Shown here piece after piece: positions 14,677 through 42,859 of a stretch of DNA of 64,000 nt. Below the pieces are notes generated by a model. It saw only the letters and a program-made list of their open reading frames with translations, did not search any database and had not been told where the DNA came from. This stretch comes from Phoronis australis (lineage: Eukaryota > Animalia > Phoronida), in assembly GCA_002633005.1 (NCBI GenBank), contig NMRA01000052.1, positions 62,001 to 126,000 of the forward strand, given 5' to 3'. The translations under genes and the position numbers were made by a program. Within the stretch, counting starts at the first letter, position 1, and the number at the start of each line of letters is the position of its first letter.

Positions 14677-17600
14677 CTAACGACTGTCTTGTCTAGAGCT
14701 GACATTTGTGACTGATTGATTTTTCAGTTGCTGTAATAATTGTTCTTTCTCTTTCTGCAATAAATCTGCCTTGATAGCGTTCCTCTTCAGCTTATTCTCC
14801 AGTGATTTCATAACCTGTCCCGTTAAAACCTCCATAATTCGGCATAGTGATTGACTGTATACTGAAATTAAGACAGAATTTAAATCAACAACACAAGAAA
14901 AGGGTAACAATATTCAACAAACCTATTGCAATCTCGGACACACTTCTTTTTTCAAGATTTAAAATTCCAGAAAGAAGTTTAAAAACTTCTTTATAATAAC
15001 AGATTTTTTAAAATTTCAATTTGTCAAGTCAAACAGTCGGAATTTTCTCAACACCTGCACCATGACAAATGTTCTTGTTTTAAGTATTTCTTCCACTAAT
15101 AATTATCAAATATCATTTAATATGACGAGCCATAATTTTCACTTTTCAAAAAGTGCATGCCAAATTATATGCACAAAGCACTGGTAAGTAGAGTTCACAC
15201 TTCTGTGAAACAGATCAGAACCTATAAGGATAATAATTCAGACATTTTGAATACAAAAAATCTTAAATATAATAAATCAGAGTTAAATTTGAAGCAAATG
15301 AGAGTGAATGTTTGATTAACAACACCGTCAAGCAGTAATTCTTCACTTAGTTTACTTAACACACAATGTGGCTGACAAGTGTTATTGTCAGATTTCCTAA
15401 CAAATATAATTTATTCTAAGGAATTTTTAGGCTATTACTACCACAGTTTGCACTGCGTATATGGTACAAAATAACAATTCATTCTTGCCTGATGAAGTTT
15501 CCACTATTTGTAGCAATTATTTCCGTACAAAATAAGTGAACATGCAAAATATATGGAAAATTACTGTAATATGTAGGGTACACGGTTTCAGATTGACCTA
15601 ACGTGTGGGTAATTTTGGCCCTTAACTTCAAACTAATCTTCAAATCCCATAGTTACCTGAAGCATTGTGTATGTTTGTAAGTGGGTCCAGGTTAGTATTC
15701 CTTGTAGTACTCGAGTATGCCTCTTCCTCCTCTTGACTTAAAATGGCCGGCAGTTTTATTAGTGACTGCAGGCTGCTGTGTGCTAAAGTAGAGTGGGGAA
15801 TGATGTGGAAGGGAATCTCGATTCGCATGAATCTGAAAAATTTAGAATCAAAGCGTTATTCAAGAAATGAATACAAACCAACCCTGACCTGTGATGAGTT
15901 GAGTTACGATGGAACCACGTTCTTAAGAAAGATCCATGGTATTATGTTTTAGAAGTGCCAGTTTTACGCTGTTCGTGCACGTATAAGGCATAAAATGCAG
16001 GTGTCGCAATCAGAGATTGTTTCCAGGTGTGGTAGTTTAACCCGTCAGCTGCAAACACTTACAAAGCTAAAGGCATCTGAACCTGGATTATTATTCAAGG
16101 CCACGAACTGAGTTCATCAAATGTTACAAACTGGGTTGTAATGTGCAGTATGTTTTCACAGCTTAGATGCTTTTGTTGTGGAATTAAATTAATTTCAGAC
16201 GCATTACCGGTGACAATAGTTGTCAACAAGCAATTATTTCACCAGGCTCAGAGGTACAGCTGAACACTAAAGGTAAAATCTGAAAATGTAGCATTTGCGT
16301 CACAAAAGAAATTCTTCATAACATGACTCACTGTTCTGGTTCGCCTTCAACACTTTGGTTTATTGACTGGAAACATGTCACTTGAATCCTGCCCACCTTT
16401 GTTGATTTATCTTCATTGAAGACAGAAAATATAATACCGATGAAGCCCTCGTCCATCATTTGATACATCGCCTGAGTGCGCACATCTGGAACCATGTAAT
16501 TCACTAATTGGTAAAAAGCAGCAGTTCCTGTCCAATTGGTTTTAAAGCATGAATTCTAGAGTCCAACTGTTTTAGCAAGTTGAGGTCCATTTTCATATCT
16601 TTATCAACCACGTGATGTTGCCATTGAGTATTGCTCTAGTGATAACGATTATAGTGAACAGTAAAACTGCCTAAAACCCTGTCACTGCACAACACAAACC
16701 AAACCAAACCAAACCAAACCAAAGAACCATATTTACGAAAATGCACACCTGAAACTGTATCTAATAAAAATACATCCAGACAAATATAGAGTTGAAGAAT
16801 AGACTTTCCCATTTCACCTATCTCACCTTTCTAAACACAGACAGAAACATTAGGTGCAAGGTCTGAGCTCATCAATTAGACACAACGGTCTGTTAAATAT
16901 TTAAGGTGGATAAGCCATTCTGTATCTCGAATTTGGCTACCCTACTAGTTATTGCCAGTAATTTTTCCTGTTAACAGAATTAGTCCACTAATGGGAAAGT
17001 GTGTTTTGTCTGATTATTTTCATGAACTGTTGCTTTGGTATTCACAAGGATATGCCAGCCAACCTTCCTCACCAAGTGAGAACCAGTGAGTATCACAGAA
17101 CTACAGACTTACCCTGTAAGAGGATGCTAGCTCTCAAGGATCTATATATTCATGTAAAAAGATTTGCACCACGACTAGATCATTTTTTACCCCCAACAAC
17201 TTTAATATGATAACTTACAACTAAAAAGTCTCCAAAACGAAGAACTTTCAGCTGAAACTTTCACCACGAAAACAAAATGACTATCACAGAAGCTCTAAAG
17301 GATGAACTACAACCAAAAATAGAGGGAGAGCATCAAATAAACAGTAAAAAGAATATTTTCTATCTTTCAACTCATTCAACCATGAACGCCATGTAGCCTA
17401 ACAGTGGTGTTTGATTGATGCCTTGAAGGGTTGAATGAGTTAATGCAAATATAAAGAGAGTTCAGGTGTTCCTTTAAAACACCAACTGTGAGCGATCTCA
17501 GGAATGTTGAGGGAGACTTACCAACATGTGATGGCCAGACTGTTATGTGTGGGTGAGAGTGATACCAGCCTAACACTCTCATTGGACGTTCCAGTTCATA

Positions 17601-20600
17601 CGCTAATCTCTGGAAATACAAAGAATCACAATTTAAGTCAAGGGGGATTTCATTCTTTGTGACAGCTTGAATATAAAAATCTTGAACTAGGCAGATTGAT
17701 CTTAATCATTCTTAACACTGGAACCGGTTCCAAAATTTTCCTTTCCATACTAGCTAGTAATGTCAATAATCAAAACGAATCAGTTTTAGACGGAGCTGAT
17801 CAACCTAGTCAAATATGGTGACTTTTTAACACTTTTTGTCCATGCCACAGTCTGTTAGGAGATGACACACATTTTCTGTCTGTGTGGTTGAGAAATCTGC
17901 TTTTTNNNNNNNNNNNNNNNNNNNNNNNNNNNNNNNNNNNNNNNNNNNNNNNNNNNNNNNNNNNNNNNNNNNNNNNNNNNNNNNNNNNNNNNNNNNNNNN
18001 NNNNNNNNNNNNNNNNNNNNNNNNNNNNNNNNNNNNNNNNNNNNNNNNNNNNNNNNNNNNNNNNNNNNNNNNNNNNNNNNNNNNNNNNNNNNNNNNNNNN
18101 NNNNNNNNNNNNNNNNNNNNNNNNNNNNNNNNNNNNNNNNNNNNNNNNNNNNNNNNNNNNNNNNNNNNNNNNNNNNNNNNNNNNNNNNNNNNNNNNNNNN
18201 NNNNNNNNNNNNNNNNNNNNNNNNNNNNNNNNNNNNNNNNNNNNNNNNNNNNNNNNNNNNNNNNNNNNNNNNNNNNNNNNNNNNNNNNNNNNNNNNNNNN
18301 NNNNNNNNNNNNNNNNNNNNNNNNNNNNNNNNNNNNNNNNNNNNNNNNNNNNNNNNNNNNNNNNNNNNNNNNNNNNNNNNNNNNNNNNNNNNNNNNNNNN
18401 NNNNNNNNNGTAAAAAGCAGCAGTTCCTGTCCAATTGGTTTTAAATCCTGAATTCTAGAGTCCAATTGTTTTAGCAAGTTGAGGTCCATTTTCATATCTT
18501 TTATCACCCACGTGATGTCGCCATTGAGTATTGCTCTAGTGATAACGATTATAGTGAACAGTAAAACTGCCTAAAACCCTGTCGCTGCACAACACAAACC
18601 AAACCAAAGAACCGTATTTACGAAAATGCACACCTGAAACTGTATCTAATAAAAATACATCCTGACAAATATAGAGTTGAAGAATAGACTTTCCCATTTC
18701 ACCTATCTCACCTTTCTAAACACAGACAGAAACATTAGGTGCAAGGTCTGAGCTCATCAATTAGACACAACAGTCTGTTAAATATTTAAGGTGGATAAGC
18801 CATTCTGTATCTCGAATTTGGCTACCCTACTAGTTATTGCCAGTAATTTTTCCTGTTAACAGAATTAGTCCACTAATGGGAAAGTGTGTTTTGTCTGATT
18901 ATTTTTTATGTACTGTTGCTCTGGTATTCACAAGGATATGCCAGCCAACCTTCCTCACCAAGTGAGAACCAGTGAGTATCACAGAACTACAGACTTACCC
19001 TGTAAGAGGATGCTAGCTCTCAAGGATCTATATATTCATGTAAAAAGATTTGCACCACAACTAGATCATTTTTTACCCCCAACAACTTTAATATGATAAC
19101 TTACAACTAAAAAGTCTCCAAAATGAAAAACTTTCAGCTGAAACTTTCACCATGAAAACAAAATGACCATCACAGAAGTTCTAAAGGATAAACTACAACC
19201 AAAAATAGAGGGAGAGCATCAAATAAACAGTAAAAAGATTATTTTCTATCTTTCAACCATGAAAGCCATATAGCCTGACAGTGGTGTTTGATTGATGCCT
19301 TTAAGGGTTGAATGAGTTAATACAAATATAAAGAGAGTTCAGGTGTTCCTTTAGAACACCACCTGTGAGCGATCACAGGAATGTTGAGGGAGACTTACCA
19401 ACATGTGATGGCCAGACTGTTATGTGTGGGTGAGAGTGATACCAGCCTAACACTCTCATTGGACGTTCCAGTTCATACGCTAATCTCTGGAAATACAAAG
19501 AATCACAATTTAAGTAAAGGGGGATTTCATTCTTTGTGACAGCTTGAATATAAAAATCTTGAACTAGGCAGATTGATCTTAATCATTCTTAACACTGGAA
19601 CCGGTTCCAAAATTTTCCTTTCCATACTAGCTAGTAATGTCAATAATCAAAACGAATCAGTTTTAGATGGAGCTGATCAACCTAGTCAAATATGGTGACT
19701 TTTTAACACTTTTTGTCCATGCCACAGTCTGTTAGGAGATGACACACATTTTCTGTCTGTGTGGTTGAGAAATCTGCTTTTTTATCAAAGTGTTTTAAGG
19801 TGTCAAGTAAAAGAATCGCTTTAAATGCTTACGACATGAAAGTCACCACTAAAATTTTACAAAATCAACTAGTAAATGATAATTAGCAATTTCATTCTAA
19901 AACTTAAAAAAACATTACTGCTGCAGAACTGTCTTGGACACGACAAATTCGGATCTATCAAATTTAGTAAATTGATCAGTAACAGATCTCCGTATCTTAT
20001 GAAAAGGCACCAATGTTGATTTGAATTTGCAAAAGTTTTGACAATGTCCATGCACATTGGCATACTACATATTATTCTAAACAGACACTAACCACAAACT
20101 TGAATACATGATAAACATATCAGCTGTACTAAAGCACTGCCTTAACACATGCATTACTACAGAGCAACTACTAATACAATACCTCAGCTTGTGTCGAGGC
20201 ATCTGACAGCTGCTCAGGAGAGATTTCTACTCTGTCCGGCTGCTTGTCTGATCGTTGTAGCATGATAACAGCAGAAATGTGCAAAATTCGATGTTGATCT
20301 ACCTGAAATGATATTAATACGACGGTCGTAATAAGTGCAAATAAATATTGGGAGATATTTGAAAAGCAGTATCAACCGGTCATACGACAGATCTATCGCC
20401 ACTGGTACCAATTGACCTATCGCCAGTATTTCAAGTAAAGGCTTAACTGACTAATCAGAATGCAGAATTCTCGACACACCTTCGTTTCCAAGCCGCCATT
20501 TTACCCGATAAACAACACGTCAGGTAAAACTGATTGTTTGTTTGTCAACTTTTCGCAAGGGGGCGGAGCTTGTGATAGGTCAATTATGAGCCCCATGGAT

Positions 20601-20838
20601 AAAAACATATATTCACGTTTACAATCACATACGGAATCTCTTTGCATGAATTCCCAACACTCCTGAATAACATGACAGAGCAACTATTGAGCCATTTCAC
20701 TGTATAATAGGACAAAGAACATTGATACCATACCTCTCCTATTAACAAGCCCATGACTTCTTCACTCTCTGTGGACAATACGTGTGTCAGGCAGGTCATA
20801 CAAGCATCAGCCTCAATGTGCACTGCACTCACAGCCAT
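14677..20838 (-). CDS. BRCC3: Lys63-specific deubiquitinase BRCC36 (JAMM/MPN+), 6 coding exons, ~275 aa
   Basis: Exons (minus) 20734-20838, 20183-20302, 19399-19486 (or duplicate 17522-17609), 16332-16485, 15657-15832, 14677-14861; GT-AG, phase-consistent (828 nt). Motifs LSTESEEVMGLLIGE, RSDKQPDRVEISPEQL, and an intact JAMM GWYHSHPHITVWPSHVDVRTQAMYQMMD; C-terminal coiled coil. Confidence 0.95.
16511..19782. repeat. ~1.4-kb direct duplication (16511-17905 / 18410-~19782) flanking an N gap, duplicating BRCC3 exon 3
   Basis: The copies align with few SNPs and an (AAACC)n length difference; both ends abut the gap. Confidence 0.9.
17906..18409. other. Assembly gap (run of N)
   Basis: Directly visible; ORFs crossing it are artefacts. 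Confidence 0.99.
20410..20585. mobile_element. ~175-bp MITE (AATTGACCTATC…GATAGGTCAATT), BRCC3 intron
   Basis: TIRs visible; full-length homologous copy at 56427-56605. Confidence 0.8.
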
Positions 20839-21360
20839 GACGATTGTGTTCACTTCAAGCGTACCGCCGTTTAACCCCTGATGATGGAAACAGTATTATC
20901 CATTAGCATACTCGTCAACTACAGTCCCGCTTTTTGAAACTATGTCCCATGTCCCACCACATCATACACTTGAAGAACTTTAATGGAAACTTATCTCAGT
21001 AATCAAGTATTTTTCTTGGAAATCTTTGCACCCGTTTTAAAAGTTGTATAGCAGCTGGTTAATATCTCAATCGCGGCATATAATCATGAACAAAACACTT
21101 GATGAATTTGGTATTGATCGAGTGCACTGTACACACCTTTCTGATTACGAAACAATTTAAGAAGTAATATCAAGAGTTTTGATGCAAATGCGAGCCATTA
21201 TTTAATGACCGGTGCGTTAATCAGGGATCTCGCAGAACAGTACGCCACAAGGCAAACACAAAATGTTTTACGAGTATCAACAATTTGGCACAAGTAATTA
21301 CACGAAAAAAAATCTAATGATAACAGGTTGATTTGTAATCAAAGAAAGAAAGTAGTACCT

Positions 21361-21595
21361 GCATGCGCGTACCCAGGGGGGCTCATTTGGTGGAGTGGGC
21401 AGAAAGGTCCGCCTCAGAGAAAGAAAAAGTCTGAGAAAATGTGACAAAAGTCCACAGGAATTCGGCGCGAATGCACAATTCACAGGTCTGAACGTAGTAC
21501 CCCGTTTTTTTAGTCCCCATTGTTTTCAGTAAAAGGTCTACATACTAGATCTGGATAATTCGAGACTCCAAAATATTAGGCTGGGTGCATGCATG
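21361..21595. mobile_element. CATGCGCGCAC-type MITE family copy (reverse orientation)
   Basis: Reverse-complement similarity to 13252-13487. Confidence 0.7.
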
Positions 21596-22092
21596 ACCCG
21601 AGAAGATTAATTATTCTCAACTTGGAATTTGTGACCTCCCTTCTCAGTTCATGCTACCCAAGGTCAAGTTTACAGCAAGTCGACATGTGCCAACGGCACT
21701 TTACTTTCCCATGCTATAACTGCTCCAAATTGAAAAATGAAATTTGAAAAAGGTGTTTGAAATTAGTGTCTGGTTGACCTTTGATGAGCAGAAATATTTG
21801 TTATTCTAAAGATGCAAGCTTCTTCAACGGTTTTTATTGTGTGATACAGACATGGTTGGCACTAGTCGGAAGAAGCGGTCCCACATTAAACCACACGGCA
21901 CTCAGCTGACTGGATTTAATGAGCAGGAACTGACGTTGCAGCTGGTGTATGTGAGGCAAGAAATCACGGATTTATCTAATATTATTTTACTTAATTTATG
22001 AAATATGTACACCCTCAGAAGAAAAAATTGTGACATACTTTGGACTTCTCAAATATTAGCAGTCGCTCGTCTAGCGCCATTGCTTTTGGTTA

Positions 22093-23812
22093 GGCCGCAG
22101 GGTGAGCAAACGAAAATGGCAGAAATTCAGCAAGAGCGAAATTTTGCCATTTTTCATGATTTTCACAAGCTCATATCTATTAGCATACTAAGTGGTGGAA
22201 AATGAAAAGTATGCCAGTGAAATATTTAATGATTCTTCTTTCTATTGATACCCATTACAAATATTTGGGCATTAATGAGTATTTTTAAAAATTGAAGTAA
22301 AGCGAGCACTTTACACATTTTTCATTCACTGGTAAATTCTTGTGACTTGCAATAGGGGTCAAACTTTCAGCTGCTAAATGGCCGTTATTGAACCGATTTT
22401 AATGATATTTTGTATGGAACTGTTAGCTAAAAAATTCTGCTTTCAACCCTGAGTGTACACCTTTATTTTTTTGATAAAAATACGACAAATGTCCTTTTTT
22501 TAATTTACTGCCTCGTCACTCTCTCACCTGGCATAATCACCCATCATGTCCTAATCCATTCCTCATCATTTTTTTCACTTTATCTCACCATTTCCATTTA
22601 GGGACACTTCTAAAAAGGTAACTTCAGTCATTTTTCTAGAACCATATTGACCATTCCAGGGTTCAAACTAAACTCGAACCTGATTGGTCAAATGTATTTA
22701 ACAGAACCAATAAAAACTTCTTTAAGTTACAAAAAGTGGCCCAAACTGGTGAAATATTTTCATTAAACGAGTACAAAACATTTTTAAAACTCAATTTAAA
22801 TTCAATTTAACTTCAGTTCATTTTTTTCCTATTTTCTTAAAAAATATTTTTGTTACACTTTTTCTACCTTGTGGTGGCACTGTTATCAGTTTCATTTTTA
22901 GAGAATTACATTTTTCATTAAAATAAATGTTCAGTCAACACTACAGTGCATCAAAACATTTCAGAATACAAATATGTTCTGTTTGGATAGTCACCAAAAC
23001 AACACCTCTCAGTTTCTATATTATTTGATAGGAATGAAATTGATTTAAAATACGTTGAAATTTTAGGGTCCAATTTAATTTTGTTTAATTAAAAATGTAT
23101 GTTATCAATTTTTATCATATAGTGTGCAACATAATATTGTGAAAACGTTGATCATACTTGGGAAAAAAGAATAATTCACATAACTACACAGGTTTTTAAA
23201 TAAATATCAAAATATTCTGAAAAGACTAGGTTTTTGGTTTTTGCTCTTTTTGAATTCATTTGTTATGCAAATTTCATTTTTTAGAATTGTTCTAAAATCT
23301 TTTGGAACAAAAGAGACTTTCGTTAAACCATAGTAATTCTTTATAAAGTGTTCTTTCATTTTCAAGGTAAGAAGTTGCTCCTTTTTTCAAAAAATCTCTT
23401 GTTCAATTTAGCTGCAGGAGCAAAAATGTCCTGTCACAAGTCGAAAAAAACTAAGTCGATGGCGATATTTTCAATTGTTTGTGTCTTTGTTTGTGCAAAA
23501 CATGTAGTTTGGTGTTGATGCCATGTTCTTAACCTACTTGTCAAGGACTCTCAATCTTGTTTTAGCATAGCAGCAAGCTATGGATTCCCAAATATAGTTG
23601 TCTAAACTTGCCATTTTCAGTGGTCTAAAATTTCTGGGTGCGTATCAAAAAAGGACATTTTTGAGGCTCTAAAACTTAAATAACTCAAGAACCGCCCAAT
23701 CGATTTAAAAAATTCAAAAAGTTATATAAATGGCATGTGTAGAGCTACCATTTAAGACTCTTTTCAAGTATTTTTGATGAAATTTGTATTTTCTTTGCTC
23801 ACCCGGCGGGCC
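22093..23812. mobile_element. ~1.7-kb non-autonomous TIR element (GGCC termini; Harbinger/Zator-like)
   Basis: Left TTA|GGCCGCAGGGTGAGCAAACGAAAAT vs right reverse complement GGCCCGCCGGGTGAGCAAAGAAAAT; AT-rich non-coding interior. Confidence 0.6.
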
Positions 23813-23996
23813 AAGTTAGGCCAGGGCCTTGCGGAACGGGTATATCTAACAACTGTGCAGTACACCAATCAAAATTTACCGGTAAGAGTGTCATGACTAG
23901 TGTAGTGTAGGTTTCAAGTAGGCAGGGCCTATAAAACCATGCAAAACATAGTCTACTCCATACAGCTTATCCTTCACAGTATCGAAAGTAAGGAAA

Positions 23997-24820
23997 TACA
24001 CATAGTGTACCTAATTATCGGACGGAACCTAAATATCGGACATTTCATAGAATCTTACTTGAAGCATAATCTGAGAATTAAATGACACCAATTTTTGTTC
24101 CGTTGTAATGCATTCAATGTTCGGCACCATCTCGTTTTTTACAGCGTTGCCTCGTTTTGATTTCACCGAGAGAGGGTGCAATTTAGACCCCCAAGTCGGC
24201 CTAAAATGGACGATCGCATAAATCGGTTATAAAAGTTGAAAATAAAATCTTTTTCCACAATGACACTATCTCATTGAACTGACAATATGTCACTGTTCCA
24301 TTTTTTCGTTTGTTTTTAAACTCAAGTCAAACCCTGACCGCGCACGTGCGGGTGTCATATCAAGAAGCCTAAGTGATACTAAAAACTGCAGTGAGTTTGC
24401 ACGTGCTTTAGTCGTCTGCACTAATTCATCGAAACGACTTGGCGCCGTCATCAGATTTCATTTTATGGATTTTTTGTTGCGAATGGACCTGGGTTCTAGA
24501 AGCATATATGTCAAAACACTCGAGCTGAAACTTGGCGACAAGGTGCCCGCGGCCATTACATGGTTAGTCAGTTTTCCGCGGTGTGGCGTATGGAGAAACA
24601 TGGTGTCCGATATTTAGGTTCTCCGAAGGTTTGGTTGTTGTGTTTTTTGAAGATCAGTCGAAACACAAATGTGGCTTTCAGTGACAAGATATAGTAACAG
24701 AACAATTCTGTGAAGGTAAATCTTTATTTCAGCAAAGAATTTACAACAATCCGTAGTATTGTTATTTAAATATAATGCAAAATGTGCCAAAACGTCCGAT
24801 AATTAGGTCACTTGACTGTA
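23997..24820. mobile_element. ~820-bp Tc1/mariner/pogo-like MITE
   Basis: TA-bounded ends sharing ACCTAATTATCGGAC in inverted orientation, plus an inverted subterminal repeat AACCTAAATATCGGAC (~24026 and ~24620). Confidence 0.65.
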
Positions 24821-26082
24821 GAAAGGAAACGTACGGAATCGCTGGCGCTGGACTTGTGCGACTGGACGCCGAAGGCTGAAAGTGAAGCCGAAGGTTCGTT
24901 CGATCGTAGTCTTTATATATGTGCGTATCTTCAAATCATCACTCGTCTGAATGCTGGTGACGTCTTAAAGTATTGTTAAACCGAAGGCAATTAATGACCA
25001 ACCGATTTCCCAAGAGGAAAACCACTCACCAGTTTTCAGGCGCCATGATGTTGTTTCCTCCGTGAGACTGACACCTGTCGGTGAATTTACATACTGCAAT
25101 GGTGTGCGTGACGGACTTCAGTGGCTCCTCTCAAGGCCACATGTGCGTGTACTTGGAATATGTCACCACGGAATTTGAAAAGTTCACTCAAATAATAACG
25201 CTCACGTTGATAAAAGTTTGCACTTCACTAAAACAAATTACATGTTTATAAAACAATGTAAATTTTAACAAACTTCTTTCAACTACTGGCGATTTTATTC
25301 ACCAAACAAAAAATGATTAGGCCGAGTACCATATTTCACACATTCCTCCGATTCAGTGAAACAAGTTCCAGTTAGGAGAAAATGGATGACCGTGAGGCCA
25401 ATAACCGCAAAAAATCCTTACAATGAATAAAACGTTTCACTTAAGAAAGACATAAAATATGCATCATTTGATAGCATACGGTAAGGTAAAATTCGGACAA
25501 AAATAATTGCCAGCAAAAATGACTTTTTTATTTTTTCAAGGGCTTCAAGCTTTGTTGTGAATGTCCACAGATTTTCAAAACTTTGTTTAATGGTAGTTGT
25601 GGTAGAGAACCTGAACATGGAAAATTATTTAATTTGGAGCTACATGCTTTTCTTGGAAAGCTGACGAAAAAAAATATTCCGACTGTTGTCGGCCAGTTAT
25701 ATCCCGGCTAAATTGGTTGAGATTTTACGGAACGTGTTCTAACTGTTACGACCACAAGCCTGTTAGGTTTTGGAATTAAACTGTAGAAGTTTTGTCAGTT
25801 ACCACTTAGCCCCTTGACATATGACAGAACTACGGGTAAATGAGTAAATCGATTTAATAATAGCACATATATACAGGCTGTATATGGTAATCACAAAATT
25901 CAATGCTTTGACTGGCCAACATACTCAAATAGCAAATGTTGCATTTTTTAAAAGAAAAGCTATTGTCGGCATTCTTGGTGCGATAAAATTGACAATTTTT
26001 TATTATTATGGTAGTAAGCATAGGGCAATGATTGTTGTAATGATTGTTCCACGATTGGTTCCAATTAGTCCTATGCTATTCA

Positions 26083-26340
26083 CATGCGCGCACCCACCTA
26101 AAATATAGGGGTGCTCGAACTTTCGGAGAGCGGACCTTTTACTGGAAAAAAAATTATCGAGGACTAAAAAAAACGGGGCCATTAACTGGGTTCAGGCTCT
26201 CGAATTGTGCGTCCTCGCCGAATTCCAGTGGACTTTTGTCTCGTTTGCTCGGACTTTTTGTTTTGTTGAGGCGGACTTTTTTGCCCAACTCGCTAAATGG
26301 GGGGCTCCTTTGAGACCCCCGAGCCTCCCCTGGGGAATGT
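26083..26340. mobile_element. CATGCGCGCAC-type MITE family copy
   Basis: CATGCGCGCACCCACCTAAAATATAGGGG…GGACCTTTTACT…GAATTGTGCG. Confidence 0.65.
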
Positions 26341-26494
26341 TCAACTACTGTTGCAACATTTCCGCTTGCTTCAAGTTAGGCACTGTACAAAGCGCAACAT
26401 AGCATGCGGTATTCTAAGACAATGGGACATTTAACCTTCATTTTTATCGGCTTCAGGTCCCCCGACCTTTCCTTGTTGACACTGTTTCCTTGCC

Positions 26495-26663
26495 CAGAGG
26501 CACATTTAAGTTGAGGGGGGTCCAAGGGGGTCATGGCCCCCATAAAATTCTCACAGGTTCCATTTGCAGTTCGGGGGTGCTAATGTCTGACAGGCAAAAT
26601 CCTGGCTAATACTCTGCCCTGCCCCCTCCCACCCTAACTCAAAAAATCCTGGATCCACCCCTG
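26495..26663 (-). mobile_element. CAGGGGCGGATCC-type MITE, empty form
   Basis: Reverse complement aligns with both flanks of the composite at 46338-46645. Confidence 0.65.
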
Positions 26664-27890
26664 ATGCTTCATACTGGAATTTTTTTCTGTTCTGCCCCTT
26701 TTTCCATTTTTGCAGGACGTCATGAGAACACTGTGATTAACGAAAACACTACCACAATATTACGAAAACAACATCGTATGCATTTATTGCACTCAGACGA
26801 TTTTTACACCTTTTTGTTCTTATACACCCATTTCTCTTAAAAAGGACAGCAGTGTACAATGTTAGCTATACTTTTACATCTCCCAAATGAAGGGCACCTA
26901 CGATTTTCAGCATACCGGTGATAGGGTGATTTTGCAATATGTAAGCAGTACTTTTGTAAGTTCAAGAACAAAAAAAATCATGTCACTACTAAAGCTGAAA
27001 ACGTGCGAAAACTAAAAAAAGCAGCTAACATAAAAATCACATCTTATACAAGAGTCTGTCTCCGAGCTAATTCCAGACAAATAACATTTTCAGGTAACTA
27101 TTATAAAAATATAGCAATATTTTAGAAACATATTTATGTTTCCATTTCATTTCAATGTACAAAATGATTAAAATCATTTCTTAACACATAAATTTGCAAC
27201 ATCATTTGAAAAACGTCTCATCAAACATAACTGATTCTCAAAGACTGCAAAATGATTTGAAAGGTCACCCTAATCACAAGGGCAAAATCCAAAATCAATC
27301 TCCAAAGCAATGCAGACAAATGAGGTACATGAAATGTTCCTGACTGTTGAATGTAATCTTCTGTCCCAAAAGCCCTTGAGAACCAGATGAACAGGATATC
27401 GTAGAAGCACTAATCATCTTGATAAGCAATGCATTTTTCTGAGTGTGTAACGATTCTGCAACAAAGCCAAAAAAAAGGAATTGGCTCTGGTGTGTTTTTT
27501 ACTGAAAATTGAGTCAGTGGTGCAATACTTTTCAATGGATCACATTTTCAAATGAGGCAATTTACACGGGACAAGCAAAAAATGTAATATTTTTACTCAT
27601 CGCTTGGAAATTTACAGCTTTTCAAACCTTGCCTGTCCTTGCTTAAGTGCCTCTGTGCAACTTTTTGGGCTGAAATTGATGCGGGAGGGTATTTTTTTAA
27701 GTCAGTAAGCGAAGGTGTCAAATTGAGTCTAGATGAAGACCAGAACCAATTTTTGCTTTTTTGACTAATAAGTACCAGTTGTGAACCAGTGATGTAATTT
27801 TTCAGAGCACGAATACAGCGTACCTTGTGACCACTGGAATCGAAATCTGTGTCCCGTTGGGCAATCACCGAAGGAAGAAGACAATCGGAC

Positions 27891-28156
27891 CATAGATTAT
27901 AGAAAGCAGATTCGCAACTCCGACATTTTATTGCGTACTATCCTAAAGGAGGTGCCACTCTCCTAAATTATCTGTTTCAGTTACCGGTTAGTGTATTGTG
28001 ACGACCATGATTAGCAGACGATGTACTTGCCGGAAATAAAATTTGCCAATTTGGTCAGGTGTCGCTAGTGAATAATGACACCATTACTTCTGTAAGAGCA
28101 CAGATTTCGTCCATTGAAAGTATACGGAGTTGGCAGTCCATGTACTATAGTCTATG
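27891..28156. mobile_element. 266-bp MITE with CATAGA termini and 7-bp TSD (P-superfamily-like)
   Basis: CATAGATTATAG…CAACTCCG / CGGAGTTG…CTATAGTCTATG; ATCGGAC directly repeated at 27884-27890 and 28157-28163. Confidence 0.8.
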
Positions 28157-28650
28157 ATCGGACTAATACAACCACCTTGATAAAATAAAATCATCGAAAC
28201 TCGACAATCCTGTTACAATTCACCCCATCTCTTTAAGGAAATGCACCTTCTCACCTGATCAACTAGTCTCAATTTGAAGACAAAAGCGGGCAGTACTTTT
28301 CTCCCCAAGACATGTGAACAGAGCGTAATCACATCCACCTTGATACTAGGGACAGACAGAATTACCATGTAAATGCTCGGCTTAGTGAAGACAGTTAGTC
28401 ACAGGAAGGAGCTTGTGCTGGGCCAACTGGCCGTCTGCACGCAGCTAAACACAACTGCTACAATTATTCTTCATGATTTTCATTAGTACCATTCGATCAA
28501 AATAATTACTATAATGGCAGAAAGACACCGGTATTATGTAATGGCCATTTCCATTGTTCTCTGGCTCAGCGACAACCAACGATAAGCCAGCACCTGAATT
28601 TGCTGTATGCACACTGAACATTTGGTGTCAGGCGATATTCCATCTTTGTT

Positions 28651-42859
<14,209 letters not shown>

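Noticed and set aside
17809-18507. Long ORFs (186-232 aa) in the track
   Set aside because: They consist almost entirely of N-gap codons.
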